From: Lama guanicoe
Taxonomy: Eukaryota
Assembly: GCA_013239625.1 (NCBI GenBank)
Contig: MU053431.1
Span: 2,384,485 to 2,444,484, forward strand
DNA: 60,000 nucleotides
Direction of reading: 5' to 3'
This document shows, in pieces, positions 1 to 12,487 of the stretch (its first letter is position 1; every line of letters starts with the position of its first letter). The notes beneath the pieces were generated by a model. It saw only the letters and a program-made list of their open reading frames with translations. It did not search any database and had not been told where the DNA came from. A program made the position numbers and the translations under genes.

Positions 1-1625
1 CATCTCAAATGGGGCTACAGTCTGGCTCCTGGAGCCCAGGAGGAGACCCGGACGGTGGGCGGGGCCGGCGGAGCTCCCCTGGTGACCACTGAGGAGGGCA
101 CAGCGGTGCTCTTTTCTGCACGAGCGCCAGCCTCAGGCAGAGGGGCACTTGAAAGCAAACGCCCTCTCAGGGGGGGCTCCTGGGCGTCCAGAGCCTCGCT
201 GCCAAGCGAAAGGGAAGGGATGGGCCCTGAAAGCAGCAGGAAACCCTCCGGTCTTTAAACAGAGCAACACGGTCAGGGCAGCAGAGACAGAGACGGATTT
301 CAGGGGCAGGAAATGGGCTGGGGAGGCAGGTGGGAGGCTTCCCAGTATGGACCTCGGCAGCAGAGGACGGGCACAGCAACATGTCCCCTGCTGAGGGGAC
401 ACGCGGACACCTCGGGTGCAGCCAGGGCAAATGGGAGGCTGAGGCAGGGCCCATGCAAGACAGGCTCGGACCCCCCGGGGCAGCCCTCCAGGGTCCCTGT
501 GGTCACTGCCCCCGGGGCAGCCGCCGACCCAACTTCCAGCACCACAGACCAGGTTTAAGGCCCCTGAGCTTCCAGAAACTAAGTCAGAAAACAGCCTCCC
601 TGGGGCCAAACGCAGCACTCCCCGTTCCCTTGCAGGAGGAACTTTGCGCAGTGGATCCGCAGTTCGGCCAGGGTCAGGGCTTGGCTGGATGTGGGGGTCA
701 CCGCGAAGCCTTGGTTGAACAGAGAATCCCCTGGGAAAGGTGAGCAGGAGAGAGCCCACCTGAGCCCAGAGGGCCAGCATCTAAGCAGCAACAGAGAAGG
801 CCAGGCCCCCGGGAGGGGCTGCCGCGGAGATGGAGGGGCGTCTCCAATGCCGAGGGCACTGGCCAGGGGGCCCCAGGCTCTGCCAGAGACCCTGTGCTCA
901 GGGCAGCAGTGGTCGTGGGTGCAAGGAGAGGGGCAGCAGATGCAAAGGCACTTCCTCAGACAGTCACACGCCCTGCAGTGAACACGGGCGTCGCCCCGGC
1001 GAGCTGGGGCAGCCTCCCAGAGCCAAGCCTGCCACCACTCGGCCCACAGGAGGGCAGGTCAACAGCCTCAGTTCCAACGTCAGAACTCCAAAGCCCTGAA
1101 GGGGCCCCAAGGGCCAGGCAAACACGTAACAGCCGCAAGTAAACTGTGTAAAGCAAAAAAATCCAGCGCCCCGAGCCAGGGACAGGTCAGTGCTTTGCTC
1201 TCAAGAAGGAAGCCAGCAGCTAGATCAAAAGTCAGCTTTTTGGGCAAACAACACCCCATGTGGATGGGTAACAGGAGAGGTCAGGAAGTGGGCTCTCCAC
1301 GTCATGGTGAGGAGGGTCCAGAAAAACCTCTGGCTCCTCAACTTCCTTCTGACGAGACCATCCCCACGGGGCCCACTGCGCCCCCTCAAAGGAGACGTGA
1401 GTGGGCGTCTGGGAAGTGAAGGCGCAAACGCGGTGCCAGGTGCCGGGGAGAAGAGGCGGAGCAGCCCGTCCCAGCCCCGCTGGTCCCTGCACTCCCCGCT
1501 CCGGCCCCGACGTCCTTCCCTTCAGGGTCCCCGCGGCCAAGGAAGCTCCTGGAGCCCCCAGCTGCCCCCACCATGGCCCAGATGCCCTCCAGACTGCAGC
1601 TCCAGGGACAGGTGCCCGTCCTCAC

Positions 1626-1756
1626 CCATGAGGGGCCAGGTTGGTGGTGACCAGCACGGTCTTCACCTCCTCCACGCCGCTGCCATCCACCGCCGTGTCA
1701 GGTGTTGTCACCACCACCACCTCCTCCATGTGGACGCTCACGTCGGGGGCGGCCAT
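1626..1756 (-). CDS. GMEB2: GMEB2 first coding exon (whole exon about 1626-1803); rest of the gene lies left of the window
   Basis: Translates MAAPDVSVHMEEVVVVTTPDTAVDGSGVEEVKTVLVTTNLAPHG, matching the GMEB2 N-terminus. GCCATGG Kozak, acceptor ttgcag at 1804-1805, donor GG|GTGAG at 1625. Confidence 0.96.
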
Positions 1757-2699
1757 GGCGCAGCGGGAAGGGAGCAGCGCCAGCGCCCCTGCCCGGGCGG
1801 GTCCTGCAAGGGCGACAAGGTGGCAGGGCGTCTGCACAGGGACCGCGCTGCTCTCCACAGCAGTGGCGGTGACAGAAGGGCCATCCTGGGGCTCCTGGCT
1901 CCAGGGAGGGTGGGATCAGCTCTGCCACCATGAGAGCTCCGACAAGGCAGGATGCGGGGGTGCCCCACGAGTGCTGGGGGGCTTGGGGTTACCCAGCAAG
2001 GACCAGGAGGAACCAGGAGTCGGGTTTCTTGGTTGTTACTGGCCCTGGTGTCCCCAGGCATGAACTCAGGGCTGTGCACAGAAAGCCCTCAAACACAAGC
2101 CCTGTCTCTGGTGGGAAATCCTCCCTACTACCGTTCTCACCTTTGCTGGCTTCGCCCTCCCAGCAGTCCCTCCAAAGCCCCGGGATGGCAGAGACCAGGC
2201 AGGCACCTGAAACTCTGAGGAACTTGAGGCACGTCAGTCCACCCTCTGATGCCTGGCTCAGGGCAGACCACACACCGAGGTATCACAGCACAGAGGACAC
2301 TAAAAGACCTGGTTTTTAGCCAGAGGACAAGGAAGCGGGCTCTGGGGTCAGAGAGTGAGGGGGACTGCAGAGAGGAAGGAGGTCAGAAAGGGCTCACACC
2401 CAGGGTGCATGAGGGCTTGGATCAGTCCTTATCTGCCCGTGTGAGACCCTGACCCTAAACGACAAACTAGAGGCTTCGAGAACTGACCTACAGGGTCAAC
2501 TACCACACACGTCTCAGACTGGCCATGGGGGGACCTACAGGGCAGACCCAAAGAACCCTGCACAGGCTGGAAGACTGAACCGATTAAGGCTCACGCCCAC
2601 AGGAGGGCTCAGAACCTGCAGCCTCCACCTGCCCGGGTCCACCTCCTGCTTTAACAGAACACCACATTCTCCACAAGACTCGCCCAGGACGTGGAGCCT

Positions 2700-3600
2700 C
2701 AAACACGACATTCAAAGTATTCAGAACACAATCCAGGCTTATCTAACAAACAAAGAACCAGGAAAGTCTGACCAATTCTCAGAGGAAACAATTATCAAGA
2801 GAAGCCCACTCACAGGCGACCACCGGGGTCAGCAGTGACTTCAGAGCAGCTGTTACTCCTGCTTCATGAGGGGAGCCAGATGTCCCTGAAAGTATCGGCA
2901 CAGGAACAGAGGTCACAGCCAAGTGGAAATTAGAGCTAAGAAACATAACAACAACAGAAATAAAAAACTCCCTGGGTGGGCTCAATATCGGAATGGAGAG
3001 GAGCAAGGAGGGAGGCAGTAACAGATCAATACAAACCACCCAGCCCCGGTGACAGGAAGGAGGCGGACGAGCAAAACGAACAGAGCTTCCGGGAGTGCGG
3101 GACAGGACTGAAGAGCTGGACGTCTGTATCACTGGGTCAGAAGGGAAGGAACGAGCGTGACGCTGAAGAAACACTTTGAAGCAGTGATAGCTGAACGCCC
3201 CCCAAATTTAGTGAAAACATAAACGTGTACACTCAAGAAGCTCAGCAAATCTCAAGCAGGAGGAACTCGGAGTAGCCCACGCCCAGGTCATAACCAAGCT
3301 GCTGAAAACCAACGACAAAGTAAAAACATCCCAAGATTGAAAAAAAGGCACATGTTTCCCACATGGGAGGAATGGGCAGCCCGCGGACTCTGGTCTCCAA
3401 CGTGCAGGAGGAGAGAGCTCCCAGCGCTGCGTTCGGCAACAGTGGAGATCCTCCGGAAGTGAAGGCAAAATAAAAGCATTTTCAGACACAGGGAAACTAA
3501 GAGAACTGGCCACGAGCAAGCGGACCTGCTCTAGAAGAAATGCGAGAGGACGCACTTGAGACAGAAGGACAAGGGCAGCAGCGGGAGGCCTGGAGCCTCA
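2700..3600 (+). mobile_element. Ancient L1 relic, ORF1-like region
   Basis: A-rich strand with decayed ORF1-type motifs (caagaagctcagcaaatctcaagcagg, ataaccaagctgctgaaaacc); no intact ORF; boundaries approximate. Confidence 0.55.
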
Positions 3601-3839
3601 GGACCGCGGGAAGGGCACCCAACGTGGGAACCGCTGGATGAGGAGACAAGCTGTGGACGGAGACACACCTGCAAACCACGCGTCTCCCGAAGAACTGGCA
3701 CGCACAACCCGCAGCAACAGTGCAGCGTGAGAGCAGACAGGGGTCAGGGCAGACACCTCAGCAAGAGATGTGCAGAGGCAGGCAGGCGCACAGAAACGCC
3801 CGACATCACCCCCACGACGCACCCCAGCCCTGGCAGCAC

Positions 3840-4910
3840 CGCTTGAAAACCCAACAACCAAAAGTCGACATTCGAAGAAGGTGAGGCAGTGGAGCGACCG
3901 GAATCTCAGACACAGCTGGTTGGTGCAGCTCCTGGGAAAGTCTGGAAGTTTCTCATAAAGTTTCATGCACTCTCAATACAGGACCCACCAACCGCATTCC
4001 TGAGTACCTGCCATGGCAAATGAATACCTGGGCTTCCCCCAAATCCCACACACACATTTTCGGGACAGCTTTATCCGTAACTGGCAGAACAGGAAACAAC
4101 TCAACAACCTTCAGCAGATGAAACAAGCAGAGAAACAGACTATGGTCCACCCATACAAAACAGGACGACTCAGGGATAAACAATAACGAGCGACATGCCA
4201 GCCCCAGCGGCTCTGCAGGCTCGTGCGGGCGGGCCGCACGGCCGCCCGGGGACGGCGACGCCGTGGCGGGGCTCTCGCCCACAGCAGGCAGCTGCAGATG
4301 GCAAGGAAGTTCTCTGGTATGCTCACACCACACTGTACAAGTCTACAGAGCTTGTAATGCATTATGTCCACAAACAACGTACACTCCCTGGTGAAAAAAC
4401 ACTGCATCGTTAAAAATGCTAACCACTGTCTGGGCCCTCGGTAGCAGCAGCAGTGACAGCAAAGACTGCTCATCACAGGCCACCACAGCAAACACGGGAA
4501 CAACAAAGAGTGTGAAACAGCGCAAGAATTACTAAAACGTGACAGACACCGAAGTGCACAAGTGCTGCTGAAAAGACGGCAACGAGACTTGCGCGACGCG
4601 GGCTCGTCAGGCCTCCGCAGCTCGTGAGCAACGCGGGACCTGCAAAGCACACAGAAAGAGGTGAGCCTGTGACGCGTGAGCCCCTGCAGGGCGTCCTGGA
4701 CGAGACCGAACCCGGGCGCCGCGGAGCAAGGCCGGGGTCGGCTCAGGGAGGACACGCCCACCAGGAGAACACCAGGAGGGTCTGGAGGGCCGGGACTGCT
4801 CTGTCTTCCGGTGGTGGGGGTGGCTACACGAATCCGCACGGGGGTAAAACTCAGAACTGTACCCCAAAAACCATAAAAGGTTACTTTACCACTTGGAGAT
4901 CTTTTTAAAA
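3840..4910 (+). mobile_element. Ancient L1 3' region relic
   Basis: Decayed L1 ORF2 end and 3'UTR motifs (gcattcctgagtacctgcc, cagctttatccgtaac, gtaaaactcagaactgtacccc). Confidence 0.5.
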
Positions 4911-4924
4911 AATTAAATTGGCCA

Positions 4925-5708
4925 AAACATGCTATTGCACTCTCACACACGGTCAACTGATTTCTGACAAGGATGCCAAGACCACTCCAAGGGGATGCGG
5001 ACTGTCTTTTCAACATGTGGAGCTGAGACAGCTGAACACCTACATGCACAAGAACAAAGCTGGTGCTCACCTTGCAGCACATTCAGAAGTTAACACAATG
5101 TGGGTCAAAGACCCAAACATAAAAGCTAGAACTATGACACCCTTGGAAGAAAACATAAGGGAAAACCTTCATGACGTTGGATCTGGCAATGATTTCTTGA
5201 ATACGACACCAAAAGCAGAGGCAACAAGGCAAAGTAGGTAAGTAGACTCCGTTAAAATTAAAAATTATGTGAATCAAAGACATTCTCAAGAAAGTGAAAT
5301 AAAATGGAAGAAAACACTTGCAAAGCATGTATCTATCTGGTAAGGGACTAATATCCATAATATAAAAAGAGCTGTTACAATTCAGCAACAACCAAACAAC
5401 TTAAAACACGGGCAAAGGACTCAGACATTTCTCCAAAGAAAGCATGCAAATAGCCAGTGAGTCAGTGAGAAGATGTTCAAGCTCCCTTATCACTAGGGAA
5501 ATGCAAATTAAAACCACAAGGAGATACCACTTTACACCCCTCAGGATGGTTATTACAAACACGCAAACAAATGGAAGACAAGAGTAGTCGGGATGTGGAG
5601 AAGCCGGAGCCCCTGTGCATGGTCAGCAGGGGAGCAACAGGGCGAAGCCGCTGTGGAAAAGCCCAGCAGTTCCTCAAAGAGTTAAACGTACAATTATCAT
5701 GACCCACC
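4925..5708 (+). mobile_element. L1 ORF2 C-terminal relic (left part, interrupted by LTR-like insert)
   Basis: Translation GQLISDKDAK...WVKDPNIKARTMTPLEENIRENLHDVGSGNDFL is ORF2-like; motif ggaaatgcaaattaaaaccacaaggagataccac. Confidence 0.85.
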
Positions 5709-6309
5709 TGTTCCGATGTGATTTCTTTGCTGTTATGATTCCTATGTGAAACGCACAGGATTCAGGCTGTGTTAACCCTATGCTAAGTAGCTAAAAATGG
5801 AGCCTTGGTGGCCAGTGTCAACTTCCCTGTTGGTTGTTTTAAAACATCCACTGCAGAACTGCAAGAATGCTAGAGTGATAAACCAGGAGTGCTACTTTAG
5901 ATAAGAAATGTGTTTGGTAACAAACATCACTGGAACAGAAGGAGCAAGGGATGGAGACAGACTCCCTGGGGCGTAACTGCCACTCCCACTGACAGACTCC
6001 TTAAGAGACCTTCAACCTCCAAGCACAGGGTCCAGAGGCTCTCCGTGGAGGACCAGCTCCAGGCTGTCACCACGCCCACACTCCCTGGTCTGGAGGTAGC
6101 AGCCGCATCGCCATCGCGGCCCACTGCTCCCTCCCTCCCGCTCCCTGAGCGCTTCTGTACCCCTTCCTATCTTCCCTGCTTTGGCTAAATTGTGCTGTGC
6201 TCACTGTGTGCCACGAACTGAGTGATTCGTGAACTGAAAACTGGCTGTCCCAACCCCGCGACTCTCAGGTGGCCCTACCCCAGCCCCACCACTGGCCCTG
6301 CAACAAACA
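5709..6309. mobile_element. Candidate solo LTR inserted in L1
   Basis: 601-bp non-L1 block with TGTT...AACA termini, flanked by ccacc (5704-5708) and ccagc (6310-6314); L1 sequence resumes afterwards. Confidence 0.55.
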
Positions 6310-6780
6310 CCAGCAACCCCAGACACTCTGGCACGCGCGATAGTCACACACAGCCTCAGCTCTGTGCCCACTGACGGATGAAGGGATAAGCAAACGGTGG
6401 TCCATCCACACTGCGGAATGCTGTTCAGCTTTTGAAAGAAAGGAAATCCTCAACATGCTACAGCACGGATGGACCACGAAGACACGGTGCTGAGTGAAAC
6501 AGGCGAGACTCAAAAGAGCAAATACCGCATGATTCCACTTGTACGAGTGATATGAACGTGAATCATCAAATTCACACAGACAGGAGGTGGGACAGAGGTC
6601 ACCAGGCGCTGGGGAGATAGGGTGGGAAGAGGGTCAGTCTGAGAAGACGAAAAAGTTCTGGAGGCCAATGGCAGTAAGTGTTGCCCAGCAATGTGACTGT
6701 ATCTAATGCACTGAAATGTACACTTAAAATGGTTAAAATGGCATATTTTGTGTTATGTACATTTTACCACAGTAAAAAAC
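6310..6780 (+). mobile_element. L1 3' end relic (right part; L1MB-like)
   Basis: aaggaaatcctcaacatgctacagcacggatgg...tacacttaaaatggttaaaatgg...attttaccacagtaaaaaa. Confidence 0.85.
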
Positions 6781-9149
6781 CTTTTTTAATGCTACTGCAA
6801 CAGAATGACTTATTAGGACTAGATACGGGCTAAAAAGAAGAGAATACATTAAAAATATGCTAAAAAGGAAACATTTTTAGAACCTCATTTTTATCACACT
6901 TGTTCATGTGCAAGTGACATCACCTGCCCGGCATGGTACCAAACGGGGAGCAAGTACAAGGTCGGGTGGGGACCACCCTGGGCAGGCACCTGCTCCTGGC
7001 TCCCTGGGCAAGCTCTTCCAGAGGAGCCACTGCCCTCCAGGCCCCTGCGTCCCCAGCTCACTCACTGTAATTAAGCCTTTCCCATCAGAATTAACTGGCC
7101 CAAATTCAACCACCAAATACAAAACTTGGCCTCAAGGGCTCAAGGTTTTTGCTAAATCACACTCCAAGTACATTACCTAACACGCCAACATTTTTGAAAG
7201 TCTGTCGGAGAAGGAAAGGTCTTCAGACTCTCCTTCATTTCTTGGGTCCTGGGACTCGGCAGGCTTCACTCCTCCCCAGCTGGGAACAGGTCACTGACAA
7301 CACTACGGCCACCGGCCCAGGTAAGATAGTGGGGAGAAAGGAAAGAGCCACCCACAGAAAATGACAGCAGTCCCCCAATCAACCCCAGGCCCCGATGTGC
7401 CAGGAATCAGGAAGCGTGGTGACTGCAGAGAAAGTGGATCTTAAAGAGACACCGTTCTCAACCAGAAAGCACAGGCAGTTGAGGGAAAGGCCACAGGTTC
7501 CGGGGAAGAGCAGTGAGTTCTGCTCCACCCACAGCCCTGGACCCGCTGGGTGGGGGCCCCGGGAAGCTGGGTAAGAGGAACACTCAGTTAGGGGATCCAC
7601 GTCAACTCACCACAGAGAGCTCACTCCAAGTTGGTGAATCTAAACACCAGGACGACTGATGAGATGCTGGAGACAAGAACACACCCCCTTCCCTCGCTTT
7701 AAGAGGGTACAAAAGATGAACCACGCAAGGAAAGGCTCATCTGAAAAAATCAGGAAAAATAAAATACTTTAAAACCTCAGAATGACCTCACACAGCAATC
7801 CATTTACTATCACTCCAATTTAAACCCACAGCCACCTAACAGGACAGGAAACCTCCAGCCGCCAGAGCTGCTTGTGCTCAGGTCTCCCGGACTTCATGAC
7901 TGGCTCTGGATGCTCCTCAGCCGGGAAAGCTGCAACAGTGCATCTGGCCACAGGGACAGACTTACAGCTTTGAAACAGAGAGCTTTACACAGTCATGAAT
8001 CAAAGACCACTTTAAAATCACCCCTAAAGGGACGCTGCTCTAGGGTGTGCGCTTCCCAGGATTTAGCAATCTCACCGAGGCACCTCCACTTTCCTTAGGT
8101 GGGCTCCATCGGGGCTGCGAAAGTCACGCTTCAACCAAAAGCTGCAGAAGGGCAGGGACCCACCGCACGGGCCACTGTCCTCACCCAAATTTCAAAACTC
8201 ACAGAGTGCTAAGTAACGCAAATGCACAAAACAGTATTCCTGCCAATCCAACTGGCAACTGTATTAAGTTTTTGGAAGACACACACAAAAGTTACTTCAC
8301 AGAAGATAGTTTCAGTCCTTGATACAATAAGGTTTAGACACAAAGCAAGCACCGGAGAGAGCAGTCACGAGCCTGCTGCGGGCATTCCACCTCCCTGGTG
8401 GGCACACATGGCCCCCGCAGCCCCTGATCCTAAAGCCTGGGTTCCTTACTAGTATGAATGGAGCCCCAGTTAATTCTGAGGTAAGTAAGCTATGAGGAAA
8501 TATTTTTTAATAACATTCTTCGGCATAAAAACACAAAAATAAGACAAAAATGATAGCGTGCAGTCATTACATCAGATTCAGATCTGGCTTTCTGTGTCTT
8601 CTGAAAAATCACAAACGTATTCCCTTGATAAAAATACCACTAGAAACATATCAGAGGTCACACACTGGTGACCCACAGGTACAATTTCTTTGATACTCAG
8701 TGTTTCAAAATTTTTATTAGTTGCCAACTTTTCAACATTTACAGGGTTCACATAAAAAAAAAAACCTCCAGATTTCCAGCTTCTCTTGAAAACTGTCAGA
8801 AGCCATCTCTAGAGGTGGTCCCTCCAGTCCTGCCTTCCCTTAAGAATCTGGGCTTCCGTGGTCGTGCCCTCCTGGGGGGGGGGGCAGGAGGCAAATGCAA
8901 GAGCTCTCCAGTGTCAGCCACATCCTGCACATCACACGCAGCCAGGCGGGACCTGGCTCTTAAGTGTATCACAGCATGCAAATTCCTCCCCCGTCCAGGG
9001 TGTCTTCCCAAAGTTTTAAGACACTTCCTGTAAAGAAACAATTTCTAAACAATCAGTCTGCTTAATTTATCGTTACATTTGGGGTTTATTTAATCCATTC
9101 AGTTTTATCTTAGGTAAGACTGATGTACACTGTGGTACAGTACTGTGGC

Positions 9150-9885
9150 CTGTTGGTGGGAATACAAATTGGTGCAGCCACTATGAAAACAGCAGGGAAG
9201 TTCCTCAAAAGACTAAAAATAGAACTACCATATGATCAGCAATCCTACTTCTGGGTGAATATCCAAAGGAAATTAAATCAAGGTCTCCAAGAGATGTCTA
9301 CACCCCACGTTCACTGCAGCATTATTCACAATAGCCAAGATATGGAAGCAACCTAAGTGTCCATGGACTACTGAATGCATAAACTTTGGTATATACAGCA
9401 GATAATTTAGCCTTAAAAAACAAGGAAATTCTGCCATTTGTGACAACGTGGATGAACGTGCAGGACATTGTGCTAAGTGAAATAAACCAGACTCAGAAAG
9501 ACAAAATACCACGTACCCCTCACAGGAGGAATCTAGAACAGTCAGAGAGGCAGAGGGTGGAAGAGTGGTTGCCAGGGGCTGGGGGAGGAGAAATGGGACA
9601 AACTAGTCAAGAGTGCAAAGTCTCAGTAAAGCGAAATGAGCAAGTCCTAGAGGTCCGCAGTAGAGCACAGGCCCACAGTTACTAACACGTGTTGTCGACC
9701 TAGAATTCTGCTAGTTAAGTGTTATTATCACAAAATGATAATAAATAAGAGCAGGAAGAGGCCCCTGGAGGTGACGGACGGTTTATAGCATTGACTGCAG
9801 TAATGGTTTCATGGGTATATGATCTCCAAACTCCACGCTGTATACATTAATTATCTACAGCTTTTATCCATGAAAAAGAAAAAGA
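9150..9885 (+). mobile_element. 5'-truncated L1 (L1MA-like) ORF2 end and 3'UTR
   Basis: tgttggtgggaatacaaattggtgcagccactatg; translation KNKEILPFVTTWMNVQDIVLSEINQTQKDK; A-rich end. Confidence 0.9.
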
Positions 9886-10059
9886 CTCATGTAATTGAAA
9901 CTTGTATTTGAAGTGTCAGCAAAGAAAGAACTTTGATTCACTGTTAGAGTCAATGGACTAAATAAATCATGAAGTGTTAACATATCGATACTGGACCCAC
10001 ATTGATTGGTCCCTACCAAGGGGTCCACCAAGGGGTCTGGACGCACGAGGTCCCCAAGG

Positions 10060-10230
10060 GAGGGGAACACCCACGCAGCCCCACTGCAGAGGGGACAACC
10101 ACGTGGCCCCCACGGGACGGGGAACATCCACGGGGCCCACGAGAGGGAGGACCCCCACGGGAGGGGGGAAACCCACGCGGCGCCCACGGGAGGTGGGGGA
10201 AACACGCGGCCCCCACCCACGCGGCGCCCG
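10060..10230. repeat. Degenerate GC-rich minisatellite (about 28-30 bp units)
   Basis: Recurring gggga(a)..ccacg..gcccacgggag units. Confidence 0.6.
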
Positions 10231-10332
10231 CCCTCCCGAGCTCCAGAGCTCCCGCCGCCCGCCGCCTTCCGGCAAGATGGAGGCCGCGCCGCCGCCGACG
10301 CGCCTGACGCGGGCCCGTGACGCCCGTGACGC

Positions 10333-10441
10333 NNNNNNNNNNNNNNNNNNNNNNNNNNNNNNNNNNNNNNNNNNNNNNNNNNNNNNNNNNNNNNNNNNNN
10401 NNNNNNNNNNNNNNNNNNNNNNNNNNNNNNNNNNNNNNNNN
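10333..10441. other. Assembly gap (109 N)
   Basis: Run of N. Confidence 1.
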
Positions 10442-10511
10442 GGCGGCGGCGGCGGCGGCGGGCTCCGCTCCTTGTTGGGGATTCGGCGGCGGCGGCGGCG
10501 GCGGCGGCGGC
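10442..10511. repeat. (GGC)n tracts: at least (GGC)6 at 10442-10459 and (GGC)9 at 10485-10511
   Basis: Direct reading; the first tract abuts the gap. Confidence 0.95.
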
Positions 10512-12487
10512 CCGGGCGCGCGCTTCCTTGTGACGCAGGCGGCGGGGCCGCGCACGCACGGGCAAGGGCGAGTCCGGAGACTTATTTGGCGCTAGGCGGG
10601 GGGAGCGGGCGGTGCCGAGAAATAAGGCCCGGTGGGGCCCGGCGCGCTTGCGCAGGGGCGAGGGCAGGGCCGGAGGAGGACGCGGCGGCCCCGCCCCCGT
10701 CCGCTGGCTCTGCTGAGCGGACCCGCGGACGCTTCTGCCCCAACTGGACCTCCGCGTGGGTCGGAGCGAGGGGACAGGACCCGGGAGAGAATGCGTAGGG
10801 TGACTCGCTTGGGGTGGAGGGAAACATGCATGACCAGTAAGTGACCAGCACCAGGTGCAAGTGCCTTTGTGTCCCGCGTGGGAGGGCCGCGCGTCTCTGC
10901 GTCCTTCTGCGCGTCTAGTCCGAGTCCTGCGATTATCACGTGTCACTTGTTATAGTAAGCCTTAAGAACGGTTTTGAGCATTCCCATGTTCGAGCCCGCG
11001 CACTGCCTCCCGGTGTTCCGCGTTGCCCGCCGCCGAGCTGTCCTGTGCTGCAGCCACTGGCAAAATGTGCTTGCTTAAGTTTGCATCAGAGTAAAGAGAG
11101 TTCCTCAGTTGTCACTGAGCCGTAAACGACGCTCTGGTGCAGGGTTTGGAACGCTCTGAGAACGCTCCCCTTTTTAAAAAGTAGCTGGAACATAAAGTGG
11201 GGTTTTCCAAAACGGGAGAAGGCGAGCCTTGCGCAGCCTGCATGGATGGCCTTTGCCTTGAGAGCCAGTGCATCTGTTTGATGGAAGGTGCGGCGGGGGC
11301 CCTGCCCGAGCCGAGGCCGGTGTCGGGCACTCGGATCTTGCCCCCGAGAACTCCTGGAGGAGGCGGGCACGGCCCCTTGTTTCCCTGAGCTGCTGCTCCT
11401 CACCTGCGCCTGGCAGTTAGGGGGGGCCAGGGGGCGGCGGGCACGCCAGACTCTCCCAGCTCAGGCGCCGGGTGACCGCTCCCACTCGGGGCGGAGAAAT
11501 GGACACACGTGCCTTCTTTCGAAACAAGCCGAGAACCTGTGTTTATACTTAAGTGGGAAGAGCACTGAGGCCTTTTCCCGGACCGGGACATTTTCAAGCA
11601 AACTTCATTTCAGCGATGTTACAACTGGGAGAGTTGCACTTTCATTCTGTTTTCAGTGATGTAGAGTTTACTCAAGCCAGTGATGGGGAGGTCTTTCTTT
11701 CCAAAGATTAAACTGCGAGCTTATATCAGCGTTGCTGTTGTACTGTGTTTTACATGAGCGGGTGTGCTTGGCCTGTGTGTCATTTATCAGTTTCCCTGTC
11801 CTCGCATTCCAGAAGGAAATGCCAGTGTAGTGGAAGGAAGAGGACTTGGAACCACGCAGGAGACAGGACCAGGCCTTCGTGGCACCTGTGTCCTGTGCCT
11901 GCTGTTGGGTGGTAGGGTGAGATGTGGCTGCTGGCCCGGAGTCTCTGGCCCCGACTCCCCCGTCTTTTCCCACTGCTGCGTGGCCTCCACCTGTTTCTGC
12001 CGCAGGACGCCAGACCTGGCGTTTGAATCTCCGCTCACCTCTTGTGTCTCCGAAACAGTGAGGTTACAGCCCTGGGCTCTGCTTGGCTGACAGGATGGAT
12101 TAGTTCGTACGTATGGAGGGGGTGCATGAGGGTTTCTCCCCAGGAACACCCATGTGACATGCCCGGCCACCCTGGGCTCCCAAGGGGAGGGGAGCTTTCA
12201 CTCTTGGTCAGTTACAGAGGAGGGGAACCCGGGAGAGAGTGTCATCAGCAGGCCCCGGATGATGCTACACCCCGCCCTGTACTCACACCAGAGGCAGAAC
12301 CAAGGCAGGCAGGCCTAGCTCCGCCAGCAGCCACCTGTCCCTTCTGTCCATCACTCTGCAGGCCACAAGGTCCAGGCAGCCCTATCTGGAGGAGGGCGGC
12401 CAGTGCACCAAATGTGACAGAACCCTGCACGGGGAAAAGATGCATTCAAGTGCAAGACGCACCAGTCAACCGATCCAAGAGTAAAGT

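Larger units (their letters stand above)
10040..11060. promoter_or_regulatory. CpG island: GMEB2 promoter and non-coding exon 1 region
   Basis: Very high CpG density, GGC repeats, YY1-like CAAGATGGAGGC near 10273, TGACGC sites; upstream of the GMEB2 coding exon on the - strand. Exon 1 donor not located, possibly in the gap. Confidence 0.85.

Noticed and set aside
1757..1858. N-terminal extension of GMEB2 in the ORF track
   Set aside because: It crosses the acceptor at 1804 into intron; the ATG at 1756 has a strong Kozak and matches the known N-terminus.
4111..5082. 323-aa minus-strand ORF
   Set aside because: Antisense to GC-shifted L1 relics; no recognisable domain.
9864..10946. Long ORFs (360 aa, 274 aa and others) over the GMEB2 CpG island
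   Set aside because: They run through the N gap and GGC repeats; stop-poor GC-rich sequence.
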